64,000 nucleotides of DNA, taken from positions 839,115 to 903,114 of the forward strand of contig OZ223264.1 of the NCBI GenBank assembly GCA_965140585.1, written 5' to 3'. Made by a program: the position numbers and the translations under genes. The DNA comes from Spirochaetia bacterium (GTDB lineage Bacteria > Spirochaetota > Spirochaetia > UBA9216). The notes below the pieces were generated by a model, which was not told where the DNA came from, made no database searches, and saw only the letters and a list, made by a program, of their open reading frames with translations. Numbering within the stretch: the first letter of the stretch is position 1; the number at the start of each line of letters is the position of its first letter. This document shows positions 27,570 to 37,020 of this stretch, piece after piece.

Positions 27570-28500
27570 ACTAAGGAGTGAATATCGTGACAAAGAAAAA
27601 GCCAGAAGGCATTTTTATCCCAATGGTGACTCCATTCAATGCATCTGATGAATCAATAGATTTTTCAGGTCTGAAGGAAGTGACTGAGTTTCTTGTAAAA
27701 AACGGAGTCGACGGGGTAATCCCCTCCGGAAGTACCGGCGAGTTTGTCGCAATGACAAAAGAAGAGCAGATGAAGGTCAATGCAGCGGTATGTGAATATG
27801 CAGCCGGAAGGATGAAGGTGTTCTGTTCAACAGGCGCTTACCGGACTGCTGATACAATTGAAATGTCACAGAGTGCAGAAGCTGCCGGAGCGGATGGAGT
27901 AATGATAGTAACACCATGGTACATGGCGCCTAACGAGGAAGAGCTTTATGACCACTACAAAGCGATCAGGAAATCGATATCGATACCGGTAATGGTCTAT
28001 CATAATCCGTACTATTCAACCTGTCTGATGACAGACGAGTTTATGGCCCGACTTTATAACGACGGATTGATTGATGCAGTGAAGGAAAGACAGGCTGATG
28101 TCTACAGACAGCAGGATCTGAGAGCCTTGACCGATGACGGCTTCGGCATATTTTACGGATATGACATCTGTCCGGTAGAGAGTGTTTCGATGTGGGCCGA
28201 CGGCTGGGTATGCGGAACAGGAAACCTGTTTCCGAAAGAAAACAAGACTGTCTATGATCTTGCAAAGTCAAGGCAGATAGAAGAAGCCCAGAAATATCAT
28301 TTTGAGAAAATTAGGCCGTATCTTCCCCTGTTTACTGAAAGTACATCAAAGGGACTGCCTTGTCCGTGGTTATCAGTGATAAAGGAAGGCCTTAAGCTTA
28401 GGGGCGTTAATGCGGGAGTTGCAAGGAAACCTGTAATGGAGCTTCCGGATGACGTGATGGTTAAACTGAAAAAAGTTTTAAAGGAATACGGGCATCTTTA
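27545..28500 (+). repeat. 956-bp direct repeat, copy 1 (identical to 33964-34919)
   Basis: Every line I compared matched base for base at an offset of 6419. The sense ORF and two antisense ORF translations are also identical. Identity starts 42 nt upstream of the start codon and ends inside the stop codon. Confidence 0.9.
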
Positions 28501-28501
28501 G
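27587..28501 (+). CDS. DHDPS/N-acetylneuraminate-lyase family class I aldolase/lyase, copy 1
   Basis: PSGSTGEF, VYHNPYY and AVKERQAD (Schiff-base Lys region). AAGGAG RBS 8 nt upstream of GTG 27587; the ORF opens at GTG 27578. Confidence 0.85.
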   Translation: MTKKKPEGIFIPMVTPFNASDESIDFSGLKEVTEFLVKNGVDGVIPSGSTGEFVAMTKEEQMKVNAAVCEYAAGRMKVFCSTGAYRTADTIEMSQSAEAAGADGVMIVTPWYMAPNEEELYDHYKAIRKSISIPVMVYHNPYYSTCLMTDEFMARLYNDGLIDAVKERQADVYRQQDLRALTDDGFGIFYGYDICPVESVSMWADGWVCGTGNLFPKENKTVYDLAKSRQIEEAQKYHFEKIRPYLPLFTESTSKGLPCPWLSVIKEGLKLRGVNAGVARKPVMELPDDVMVKLKKVLKEYGHL

Positions 28502-28524
28502 AAGCAAATTAATATAAGGGGTGT

Positions 28525-29871
28525 ATGATGAAACTGAAAAAGGTAGATGTTTTGGTCGCAGGTGGAGGTACTGCTGGTGCTATCGCCGGTATAGCCGCTG
28601 CCAGAAATGGGGCGAATACCTTGATTGTAGACAGGCAAAGATGTCTGGGTGGACAGTTTACTGCAGGAATGCAGGGCGCCTGGGTAGGATTTAGTGATAA
28701 AGAAAAGCTGATTGTCAAAGGAATTGCGTGGGAAATAAGAAATATTCTCAAGGACAAAAACGCAATAGTTGAAGATGATCCTGACACCGATGTCTGTTTT
28801 CTGTATGACACAGAGGTTGCTAAAGTAGTTCTGGATGAGATGGCTTACAGAGAACCGAATCTAAGCACTTATCTTAATGCTTCTATTCTGGATGTTGTTA
28901 TGGATGGTGATCGAGTAGCCGGCCTGATTGTTCTTTCAGAAATGGAACAGATGGAAATCCGGGCAGATGTTGTAATTGACTGCACTGGAGATGCTGCGGT
29001 TTCTGCGGAGGCTGATGTTCCATTTGAAATAAGACCTAAAAAAGATATACAGCCTATGACACTTATTGGGAAAATGGGCGGTGTGGATATGGATCGTGTT
29101 AAGCAGTATTACCGTGAAAACCCTCCTGTTCACGATGCTTCTGAACCGCCGGCCTGGCATGATTTCAAGACTTTTCCCGGATTCATGCATTTCGGACTGA
29201 AGGATGAACTTGAAAATGTAGAACTTCCGCCTGAACTTGAATACCTGCGTAACTGGCTTGCCATTTTTACATCTACACCAAATCCTGATGAGGTAACGAT
29301 TAACTGTTCCGGAGCTATCGAGGCACATAGTACTGCCGGATTTGAAGACCGGGCAGCCCAGGAATATATTTCACAGAAATGCCTGTATGATGTAGCTGAA
29401 GCCCTTAGGTTATATGTTCCCGGTTTTGAAAAATCATACATCTCTTCAATCGCGGGATTACTGGGAATCCGGGAAAGCCGGCGAATTATAGGTGATTACA
29501 AGGTAACCCTAGATGATTTTCTTGCAGCAAAAGAATTCCCTGACAGTATAGGAAGAGGTGCGATGCCGGCTGGAGCGCATACTGCCGATGGTGTGACAAT
29601 GAATGTATATGATTTGGCACCGGGGAGTTCGATGACTATTCCCTACAGCTGTATGATCCCAAAAGGAAAAGATGGACTTCTTGTTGCAGGACGCTGTGTT
29701 TCATATGAGGCACCAGTCGCTAACTGCATAAGGTGTATGCCTCAGTGCATGGTTATGGGAGAAGCCGCAGGGACCGCGGCTGCCATTGCAGTTAAAAACG
29801 GCACCACACCAAGAAATGTTGATATAAAACTGCTGCAGGAAACATTGATAAAGCAGCAGGTGATTATTTGA
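28525..29871 (+). CDS. FAD-dependent oxidoreductase (FAD_oxidored-type, substrate unknown)
   Basis: 448 aa. VDVLVAGGGTAGAIAGIAAARNGANTLIVDR dinucleotide-binding motif and VIDCTGDAAV. Confidence 0.75.
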   Translation: MMKLKKVDVLVAGGGTAGAIAGIAAARNGANTLIVDRQRCLGGQFTAGMQGAWVGFSDKEKLIVKGIAWEIRNILKDKNAIVEDDPDTDVCFLYDTEVAKVVLDEMAYREPNLSTYLNASILDVVMDGDRVAGLIVLSEMEQMEIRADVVIDCTGDAAVSAEADVPFEIRPKKDIQPMTLIGKMGGVDMDRVKQYYRENPPVHDASEPPAWHDFKTFPGFMHFGLKDELENVELPPELEYLRNWLAIFTSTPNPDEVTINCSGAIEAHSTAGFEDRAAQEYISQKCLYDVAEALRLYVPGFEKSYISSIAGLLGIRESRRIIGDYKVTLDDFLAAKEFPDSIGRGAMPAGAHTADGVTMNVYDLAPGSSMTIPYSCMIPKGKDGLLVAGRCVSYEAPVANCIRCMPQCMVMGEAAGTAAAIAVKNGTTPRNVDIKLLQETLIKQQVII

Positions 29872-29903
29872 TTGAGGTGTGAATTAGATTAGGAGGAACT
29901 ATC

Positions 29904-31241
29904 ATGAAGAATAAAGTGGTTTTTATACTGATTATAGCATTGGTATTAACAACAGTATCGGTATTTGCTGGCGGAAAGCAGGAAATTGAGGAAACTGAAA
30001 AACTAATAATATGGACAAACCTCACTGCTGAAGCTCAAACTGTAGTTTTAACAAAACAATTTAATGAAATCGCAGAAGAGATGGGTATAGATATTGAAAT
30101 GGTTACAGTCTCTTTCGGTGATATGTATACAAAGCTTGCAACTGCAATGCAGTCCGGTGATGTTCCTGATATCATGCATACCAATGAAGGCGGCGTTGCA
30201 TATCTTTATGCCAATGATATGCTGACGCCAATGAATGATGTAATTAAAAATATAGGTAAGGATGATTTTGTTAAATCCTACCTGGATATACTTACAGTTG
30301 ATGGTACCATTTGGGGAGTTCCTGACTGGGCATTACATACCTCTGTCTGGTATAGAAAAGATCTGTTTAAAGAGTATGGTTTAAGCATTCCACGTAATTG
30401 GGATGAATTGATGAAGACTGCAAAGTCATTGAATATTGATAGTGATTCAGATGGTAATATTGATACCTATGGTTTTGCCGTATCAATGTCGGCGGTAAAT
30501 GTTGCTGCGCAGGTTTATTATGAATTTCTGTATTCAGCAGGTGTTTATACATTTGACCCTGTAACCGGTGAATATATTTTTGGAAATAATAAAAAGAAAG
30601 CTACAGAGGTTCTTCAGTATATGATCGACCTCTATCATGCTGCTTCACCACCTTCGAGTATTGAATGGGCATGGAGTGAATTCAGAAATGCGCTTGTAGA
30701 GGGTAATGTTGCAATGACTCAGGATATGGGTGCGGTAATTCTCATGGCGCAGAATAATAATCCTGAATTGGTAGGTAATTTAGGATGTTTTGATTTACCA
30801 GGTATTAATGGTGATAAAAAAGCATCCTTTGGAGGTTCATATAATTTTGTTGCCGGAAACCAGGGCGGCGAGGATAAAGCTGAACTTTCTCAAAAATTTA
30901 TTGAAAAACTCTATACACCTGAACGTGCTGCGGAAAGGGCCCTTTCCCGACCAATGTTTGCATTTCCTTCAATGTATTCTGCTTTCGATCTGTATAAAAA
31001 AGCTGATTCTGTTTCATTGTATCAGGATGAAGTTGATGTAATTTATGATGCATTCCAGAATTCCACATGGTACAGGTACGGCATGGAAGCCGGGTTGAAT
31101 CAGATGGCATCCCAGATTGAGTCTACTACATTTTTTGGAGAAGCTATTCAAAGTGCAGCTCTTGGACAATGGACTGCTGAAAAAGCGGTTGATTATATTG
31201 ATCAGATGCTTCAGGAGCAGCTTGCAGTTATTGGTTATTAA
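29904..31241 (+). CDS. Carbohydrate ABC transporter substrate-binding protein (family 1)
   Basis: 445 aa. N-terminal signal peptide (no lipobox Cys). Typical sugar-SBP length and composition. AGGAGG RBS. Confidence 0.8.
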   Translation: MKNKVVFILIIALVLTTVSVFAGGKQEIEETEKLIIWTNLTAEAQTVVLTKQFNEIAEEMGIDIEMVTVSFGDMYTKLATAMQSGDVPDIMHTNEGGVAYLYANDMLTPMNDVIKNIGKDDFVKSYLDILTVDGTIWGVPDWALHTSVWYRKDLFKEYGLSIPRNWDELMKTAKSLNIDSDSDGNIDTYGFAVSMSAVNVAAQVYYEFLYSAGVYTFDPVTGEYIFGNNKKKATEVLQYMIDLYHAASPPSSIEWAWSEFRNALVEGNVAMTQDMGAVILMAQNNNPELVGNLGCFDLPGINGDKKASFGGSYNFVAGNQGGEDKAELSQKFIEKLYTPERAAERALSRPMFAFPSMYSAFDLYKKADSVSLYQDEVDVIYDAFQNSTWYRYGMEAGLNQMASQIESTTFFGEAIQSAALGQWTAEKAVDYIDQMLQEQLAVIGY

Positions 31242-31378
31242 GTCCGTACCGGGCTGATTTAACCATCAGCTGAAGTGATTCTGTATATGCATGGCGGCAT
31301 TATCGGGTTCATTTGCACATGTTGGATGAATCCGGATAATGCTGTTGTAGTCATAACAGGTTTTGAAGGGAGAGCGAT

Positions 31379-32317
31379 ATGGCAACAGGTGAGATGTCTT
31401 ATTTAATAAAGTCATCAAAACAGAAAATTTCAATTAGAATGAATTTCTATAAAAGAAGACAGTTACTTGGGATTTTATTTATTCTGCCCACAATCTTATT
31501 TTTGGCTGTATTTATTTTATATCCGGTGCTGAGTAATTTAGCCCTCAGTTTTACCGATGCATACCTGATTAAAAAAAACTATAATTTTATTGGATTAAAA
31601 AATTACATAAGTCTTATTACAAACCCCATGTTCCTGAAATATTCATGGAATACATTGTTATGGACTTTCTTCTCGGTTGTCGGTCAACTGGTACTTGGTC
31701 TTGGACTTGCTCTTCTGATTAATCAGAAGCTAAGCGGCGGTCCATTTATAAGAGGATTTCTTTTAATTCCTTATGTAGTTCCGGCTGTAGCTCTTGCCCT
31801 GATAACAAAATGGATTTTCAATGGAGATTACGGAATTGCGAGTAAATGGCTGCAGAGTCTGGGGGTTATTGACTATAAACAGTCTCCGCTTGCTCTTCCT
31901 GGCGGAGCAATGGCTGTAATTGTGATTGTGAATATTTGGCGGTCATATCCTTTTCCAATGCTTATATACTGGGCTGCTTTAAAAGGGATAGATAAAGAGC
32001 TTTATGAAGCCGCAGATGTAGACGGCGCAAACAGATTTCAATCATTCTGGTATATTACGCTCCCTCAACTTAAGAATACGACAATAGTGCTTGCTATTCT
32101 CCGTATAGTCTGGACGGCAACGTATTTTGATTTAATATGGATGGTTACGGGCGGAGGTCCTGCAGGAACAACAACCCATCTTCCGATTATGATTTATCAA
32201 TCCTCATTCGGAACTTTCAGGATCGGCTATGCCTCTGCTATATCCATGATGCTCGGCATTGTGCTGTTTGTCTGTATCATCTACTACGTAAGAAAATCCG
32301 GAGATTTTGCGGATTGA
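31379..32317 (+). CDS. Carbohydrate ABC transporter permease (MalF/UgpA-like)
   Basis: Six TM segments. EAA loop LYEAADVDGANRFQSFWYITLP. The start may be the internal ATG at 31439. Confidence 0.85.
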   Translation: MATGEMSYLIKSSKQKISIRMNFYKRRQLLGILFILPTILFLAVFILYPVLSNLALSFTDAYLIKKNYNFIGLKNYISLITNPMFLKYSWNTLLWTFFSVVGQLVLGLGLALLINQKLSGGPFIRGFLLIPYVVPAVALALITKWIFNGDYGIASKWLQSLGVIDYKQSPLALPGGAMAVIVIVNIWRSYPFPMLIYWAALKGIDKELYEAADVDGANRFQSFWYITLPQLKNTTIVLAILRIVWTATYFDLIWMVTGGGPAGTTTHLPIMIYQSSFGTFRIGYASAISMMLGIVLFVCIIYYVRKSGDFAD

Positions 32318-33179
32318 GGAAAATAAAATGAATTCTACAATTAAATTAGAGAATCAGAATCTGCTGCGCAAGTGTATCCTGGGTGCTGTATCGGCATTCT
32401 TTATATGTGTGGTAGGATTCCCCTTATTATGGATGGTTTTAAGTTCATTAAAGCCGGCCACAGAGCTGTTTAAATCTCCTCCTACAATCTTTCCGGAAAC
32501 GATCACTTTTGAATGGTACCGAAGTGCATTCAGTGATAAAACCGTAGTGAGATATTTTGTAAACAGTTTTATTGTTGCAACCGGTACAACAGCAATAGTG
32601 ATTATAATGGCAACATTCGGAGCTTATGGATTAACCAGGTTTCGATTTTTCGGCAGAAAGGCAATAACTGTAGCTGTGCTTTCCGCTTATTGTATTCCTC
32701 CTATAATGCTGATGATTCCATTATACCGGATTATTGCAAAGATGCATCTGAATGCATCACTGTTTGGTGTTATTATTGGTCACTCAACTGTTACATTTCC
32801 ATTTGCTGTCTGGCTTCTTATTTCCTTTTTCAGGAGTATTCCGCGGGACATAGAAGAAGCTGCACTTGTGAATGGTGCTTCGGATTTGACCATTTTTTTT
32901 AGAATAATTTTACCTCTATGTGTGCCTGGTATTCTTAGTACCGGGATTCTTGTGTTTATACTCTCATGGAATGAATACCTGCTTGCAAGCGTATTGATTT
33001 CCCAGGATTCCATGAAGACTCTGACTGTAGGAATTGCCAACTATATCAGTTCAACAGAAATAAACTGGGGTGTGATAATGGCTCTAGGTACTGCAACTAC
33101 GGTTCCCATTGTTTTAATGTTTACAGCCATTCAGAAATATTTTGTTGAAGGCCTTACTGCAGGGGCTGTAAAAGGGTAA
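32307..33179 (+). CDS. Carbohydrate ABC transporter permease (MalG/UgpE-like)
   Basis: EAA loop IEEAALVNGASDLTIFFRIILP. The start is probably ATG 32328. Confidence 0.85.
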   Translation: MRIEENKMNSTIKLENQNLLRKCILGAVSAFFICVVGFPLLWMVLSSLKPATELFKSPPTIFPETITFEWYRSAFSDKTVVRYFVNSFIVATGTTAIVIIMATFGAYGLTRFRFFGRKAITVAVLSAYCIPPIMLMIPLYRIIAKMHLNASLFGVIIGHSTVTFPFAVWLLISFFRSIPRDIEEAALVNGASDLTIFFRIILPLCVPGILSTGILVFILSWNEYLLASVLISQDSMKTLTVGIANYISSTEINWGVIMALGTATTVPIVLMFTAIQKYFVEGLTAGAVKG

Positions 33180-33191
33180 GCGGGTAGAGTA

Positions 33192-33842
33192 ATGAATATT
33201 TATTCGATTGAAAGTGATGAATTTGCCGTTTATGGTGAAATCCTTGAAGGCATAGACACAAGTGAGTTGTGTTTGGTGATGAAGGAAATAAAAATGCCTG
33301 ATAGGGGAGTATTATATCGCCCCGAGGTGAATGAGCTTGAATCCTGCGCAGTTTTCAATGATTTTCGTGATCTTTTTTTTGGGGGGCTTGAAATCCAAAT
33401 TGGTATGTGCTGGGGCTATAATTCAGTATTGAATTGTCTGGAATATCATCGCAGCAGTGAGATCATTGTAGGTTCCGATGATTTTATTCTCCTGCTTGCA
33501 AGACGTGATGAGCTGGCAGCTAATTCACTGAATACCTCCAAAGTAAAAGGATTCCTGGTTCCTTCAGGTTCTGCTGTTGAGCTGTACTCTTCTACCCTCC
33601 ATTATGCGCCCTGTCATTCTGTTGCTATGCAAGGATTCAGGACTGCTGTTATCCTTCCAAAAGGAACGAATACTGTGCAGCCGTCTTTCAGCCCTGATAG
33701 TATCGGTCAATTCCATCCGTCTGCCATAAATAAGTGGGTGCTGGCACATCCGGAATCTCCGGAGGCTTCTGGTGGTGCAATAATTGGTCTTTTAGGAAAA
33801 AATATTGATATTGGATGCAATAGTCTTGTATATGTGGAATAG
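33192..33842 (+). CDS. Hypothetical protein (DUF4867-like / ureidoglycolate-lyase-fold by recollection)
   Basis: 216-aa ORF separated by a 12-nt gap from the permease stop. No motif that I can assign with certainty. Confidence 0.45.
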   Translation: MNIYSIESDEFAVYGEILEGIDTSELCLVMKEIKMPDRGVLYRPEVNELESCAVFNDFRDLFFGGLEIQIGMCWGYNSVLNCLEYHRSSEIIVGSDDFILLLARRDELAANSLNTSKVKGFLVPSGSAVELYSSTLHYAPCHSVAMQGFRTAVILPKGTNTVQPSFSPDSIGQFHPSAINKWVLAHPESPEASGGAIIGLLGKNIDIGCNSLVYVE

Positions 33843-33922
33843 GCATTCCGTATAATGAAGGTGAAATTGCATTTTTATGTTTCTTTTTTCAAAAATGTAA
33901 TAAATATACTCTCAAAAAACGA

Positions 33923-33988
33923 AATGGGCATTGTAAAAAGTAAAGAGTTGTGTTTAAATTATCTAAATAGGAATGGCCATTTCGAAAT
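33923..33988. promoter_or_regulatory. Operator-like motif pair upstream of lyase copy 2
   Basis: Degenerate AATGGGCATTGTAAAAA (33923-33939) and exact AATGGCCATTTCGAAAT (33972-33988). Confidence 0.4.
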
Positions 33989-34919
33989 ACTAAGGAGTGA
34001 ATATCGTGACAAAGAAAAAGCCAGAAGGCATTTTTATCCCAATGGTGACTCCATTCAATGCATCTGATGAATCAATAGATTTTTCAGGTCTGAAGGAAGT
34101 GACTGAGTTTCTTGTAAAAAACGGAGTCGACGGGGTAATCCCCTCCGGAAGTACCGGCGAGTTTGTCGCAATGACAAAAGAAGAGCAGATGAAGGTCAAT
34201 GCAGCGGTATGTGAATATGCAGCCGGAAGGATGAAGGTGTTCTGTTCAACAGGCGCTTACCGGACTGCTGATACAATTGAAATGTCACAGAGTGCAGAAG
34301 CTGCCGGAGCGGATGGAGTAATGATAGTAACACCATGGTACATGGCGCCTAACGAGGAAGAGCTTTATGACCACTACAAAGCGATCAGGAAATCGATATC
34401 GATACCGGTAATGGTCTATCATAATCCGTACTATTCAACCTGTCTGATGACAGACGAGTTTATGGCCCGACTTTATAACGACGGATTGATTGATGCAGTG
34501 AAGGAAAGACAGGCTGATGTCTACAGACAGCAGGATCTGAGAGCCTTGACCGATGACGGCTTCGGCATATTTTACGGATATGACATCTGTCCGGTAGAGA
34601 GTGTTTCGATGTGGGCCGACGGCTGGGTATGCGGAACAGGAAACCTGTTTCCGAAAGAAAACAAGACTGTCTATGATCTTGCAAAGTCAAGGCAGATAGA
34701 AGAAGCCCAGAAATATCATTTTGAGAAAATTAGGCCGTATCTTCCCCTGTTTACTGAAAGTACATCAAAGGGACTGCCTTGTCCGTGGTTATCAGTGATA
34801 AAGGAAGGCCTTAAGCTTAGGGGCGTTAATGCGGGAGTTGCAAGGAAACCTGTAATGGAGCTTCCGGATGACGTGATGGTTAAACTGAAAAAAGTTTTAA
34901 AGGAATACGGGCATCTTTA
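33964..34919 (+). repeat. 956-bp direct repeat, copy 2
   Basis: See copy 1. The offset is exactly 6419 bp. Confidence 0.9.
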
Positions 34920-34920
34920 A
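34006..34920 (+). CDS. DHDPS/N-acetylneuraminate-lyase family class I aldolase/lyase, copy 2
   Basis: Protein identical to copy 1. Only the stop codon differs (TAA versus TAG). Confidence 0.85.
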   Translation: MTKKKPEGIFIPMVTPFNASDESIDFSGLKEVTEFLVKNGVDGVIPSGSTGEFVAMTKEEQMKVNAAVCEYAAGRMKVFCSTGAYRTADTIEMSQSAEAAGADGVMIVTPWYMAPNEEELYDHYKAIRKSISIPVMVYHNPYYSTCLMTDEFMARLYNDGLIDAVKERQADVYRQQDLRALTDDGFGIFYGYDICPVESVSMWADGWVCGTGNLFPKENKTVYDLAKSRQIEEAQKYHFEKIRPYLPLFTESTSKGLPCPWLSVIKEGLKLRGVNAGVARKPVMELPDDVMVKLKKVLKEYGHL

Positions 34921-34937
34921 TGTTTTAAATACGGAGT

Positions 34938-34973
34938 GGGAAAGGTTCGGACAGACTGAACCTCTCACTTTTT
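34938..34973 (+). terminator. Rho-independent terminator
   Basis: GGGAAAGGTTC...GAACCTCTC imperfect stem followed by a T-run (34969-34973). Confidence 0.65.
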
Positions 34974-35073
34974 CTAATTCTGATTAAAACTGTTAATATA
35001 CTGTTGGTTATTGACTAGCTATGTTAATATGAATTAGAAATAGAAAAGGGTATTTCATATTTATTATGTATAA

Positions 35074-35859
35074 ATGGAGGATTCATTTTTGGAAGAGAAA
35101 TCAAAAGAAAATGTCAAAGCATTGGAAAAGGCTCTTATTATTTTGGAAATGATAAAGGAATCAAAAATTCCTCTGGGAGTAAATGAAATATCCAGACAAT
35201 GCAAGATAAATCTGACGACAGCTTTCAGGATCCTTCAAACATTTAAAAGTAAGGGGTGGGTCTATCAGAATTCAGAAGATAAGTACATTATCGGGATGAA
35301 AGTTTCATTTGTTACTGATAGAAACAATTTCTACCTTGCTCTTAAAGAAATAGCATATTACACAATGGCAAGATTAAGTGCAAAAGTATCTCAAGCCATG
35401 AATTTGATAGTGAGAGAGAATGAAAAGTGCTTTATTCTGCAGCAGTCCCGGACGGATAAAATTGTAGATTATGTTCCTCCTATAGGTACAGTTCTTCCTA
35501 TCTATGCCAGTGCCGGCGGAAAAGTACTGCTGGCTGAACTTCCGGAAATGCTTCTTGAAGAGATTCTGGATATGCTTGATTTTAAACCGCTTACGAAATA
35601 CACAATTATCAGGCGATCAGTTTTTCTTGAAGAGCTTCAGAAAGTTAAAACACTTGGCTATGCAATTGATGAGCATGAATCCCAGGAGGAAGGGTTTTGT
35701 CTTGCTGTTCCGGTAAGAAACCGGGAGAATGAAATAATAGCAGCTTTATCTTTTTCCGGATTTATTGGAACCTTGAATGAAACAGAAATAAAGGATTGCT
35801 ATTTAACTCTTAAAGAAGCTTCCGAAGAGATAACAGGAAATCTTTACAAGTACCAGTAA
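35074..35859 (+). CDS. IclR family transcriptional regulator
   Basis: 261 aa. N-terminal winged HTH (LEKALIILEMIKESKIPLGVNEISRQCKINLTTAFRILQTF) and a C-terminal IclR effector domain. Confidence 0.85.
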   Translation: MEDSFLEEKSKENVKALEKALIILEMIKESKIPLGVNEISRQCKINLTTAFRILQTFKSKGWVYQNSEDKYIIGMKVSFVTDRNNFYLALKEIAYYTMARLSAKVSQAMNLIVRENEKCFILQQSRTDKIVDYVPPIGTVLPIYASAGGKVLLAELPEMLLEEILDMLDFKPLTKYTIIRRSVFLEELQKVKTLGYAIDEHESQEEGFCLAVPVRNRENEIIAALSFSGFIGTLNETEIKDCYLTLKEASEEITGNLYKYQ

Positions 35860-35958
35860 TTTAAAACCGGTGTATTCATTTTGCTTCAGTCAGAAGCTTC
35901 TGCATACCAGTCCACTTAAAACAATCAGCCCCTTCTGTTATAGTAGGAGAGGTTTTTT

Positions 35959-36879
35959 ATGAGATACACAGTAATAGGCACCGGAGCAATAGGCTCCTAC
36001 TACGGCGGACGCTTACAGCAGTCCGGATTAATGGTTAATTACCTGGCCAGAAGTGACTATGAACATCTTAAGAGTTCAGGCATGGTCATTGAGTCAATAA
36101 ACGGTGATTTTAAATTAGAAGATATAGCAGCTTTTAAGAAGGCTGAAGATATTCCTGAAACCGACGTTGTCCTGGTTTCTTTGAAAACAACAGCAAATTC
36201 AAAGCTTCCTGATCTGATAAGGCCGCTGGTACACCGCGGTACAGTTATTCTTGTGCTTCAAAATGGTCTTGATATGGAAGAGGAGCTTCGGACGGCCTTT
36301 CCAGAGGCCAGGGTTATGGGCGGAATGTGTTTTATATGTTCATTCAGGAAGGCTCCTGGGCATATTATGCATGTTGATAAGGGCTCAATACTGGCTGCAC
36401 CTCTGGATCCTGCTGACCTGCCGATTCTGAAACAGATTGAGACTGATTTTATTGCAGCCGGAATTGAGTTTAAAAGCAGTGAAGATCTGAGAACCTCCCG
36501 ATGGAGTAAACTGCTTTGGAATATTCCGTTTAACGGGCTTTCCGTTATTCTGAATGCCACTACAAGCGATATTCTTTCCAGCCGTCAGGGCGAAACAATA
36601 GTTAGAAAGCTAATGTCGGAGGTTGTTCAGGGTGCCAGGGCTGACGGCTGCAGTTTGAATGAAAGCCAGATTGAGCCGATGATTGATTTTACAAGGGTAA
36701 TGACTCCGTATAAGCCGAGTATGAAACTTGATTTTGAATCAGGGAGACCGATGGAAATTGATTACATGTTCCGGAAACCGCTTAAGGCTGCAGAAAAAAA
36801 AGGTATTGAGCTGCCGTCTATTACAATGATTGCGGATCAGCTTGAAATTCTGGAAGGGCTAAATAATCAAGATTGCTGA
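35959..36879 (+). CDS. panE: 2-dehydropantoate 2-reductase family (ApbA/PanE) oxidoreductase
   Basis: 306 aa. N-terminal IGTGAIGSYYGGRL Rossmann motif, LKTTA motif and C-terminal ApbA_C-like region. Confidence 0.75.
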   Translation: MRYTVIGTGAIGSYYGGRLQQSGLMVNYLARSDYEHLKSSGMVIESINGDFKLEDIAAFKKAEDIPETDVVLVSLKTTANSKLPDLIRPLVHRGTVILVLQNGLDMEEELRTAFPEARVMGGMCFICSFRKAPGHIMHVDKGSILAAPLDPADLPILKQIETDFIAAGIEFKSSEDLRTSRWSKLLWNIPFNGLSVILNATTSDILSSRQGETIVRKLMSEVVQGARADGCSLNESQIEPMIDFTRVMTPYKPSMKLDFESGRPMEIDYMFRKPLKAAEKKGIELPSITMIADQLEILEGLNNQDC

Positions 36880-36908
36880 CCTTCGGTTTAAGCAGTGAAA
36901 TAGCAGCG

Positions 36909-36989
36909 ATGGTGAGTGAAAAGAGCAGTCCCGCACCCTTTGTTAAATGGGAAGGCGGAAAGCGGCAGCTGTATAAAGAGCTACCTTAA
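36909..36989 (+). pseudogene. 26-codon N-terminal fragment of a Dam-type methyltransferase
   Basis: Translates to MVSEKSSPAPFVKWEGGKRQLYKELP then a stop. PFVKWEGGKRQL is the N-terminal Dam-family signature. It lies in a different frame from the intact gene 32 nt downstream, which has its own VVKWVGGKRQL. Confidence 0.6.
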
Positions 36990-37020
36990 TTTTTTTTACG
37001 ATATAGAGTACTATTTCACG

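Noticed and set aside
33855-34067. 70-aa ORF spanning the lyase copy-2 upstream region, together with the twin antisense ORFs 27571-27780 and 33990-34199.
   Set aside because: It crosses the operator and RBS region and reads into the lyase gene out of frame. The antisense twins are identical only because the DNA is duplicated.
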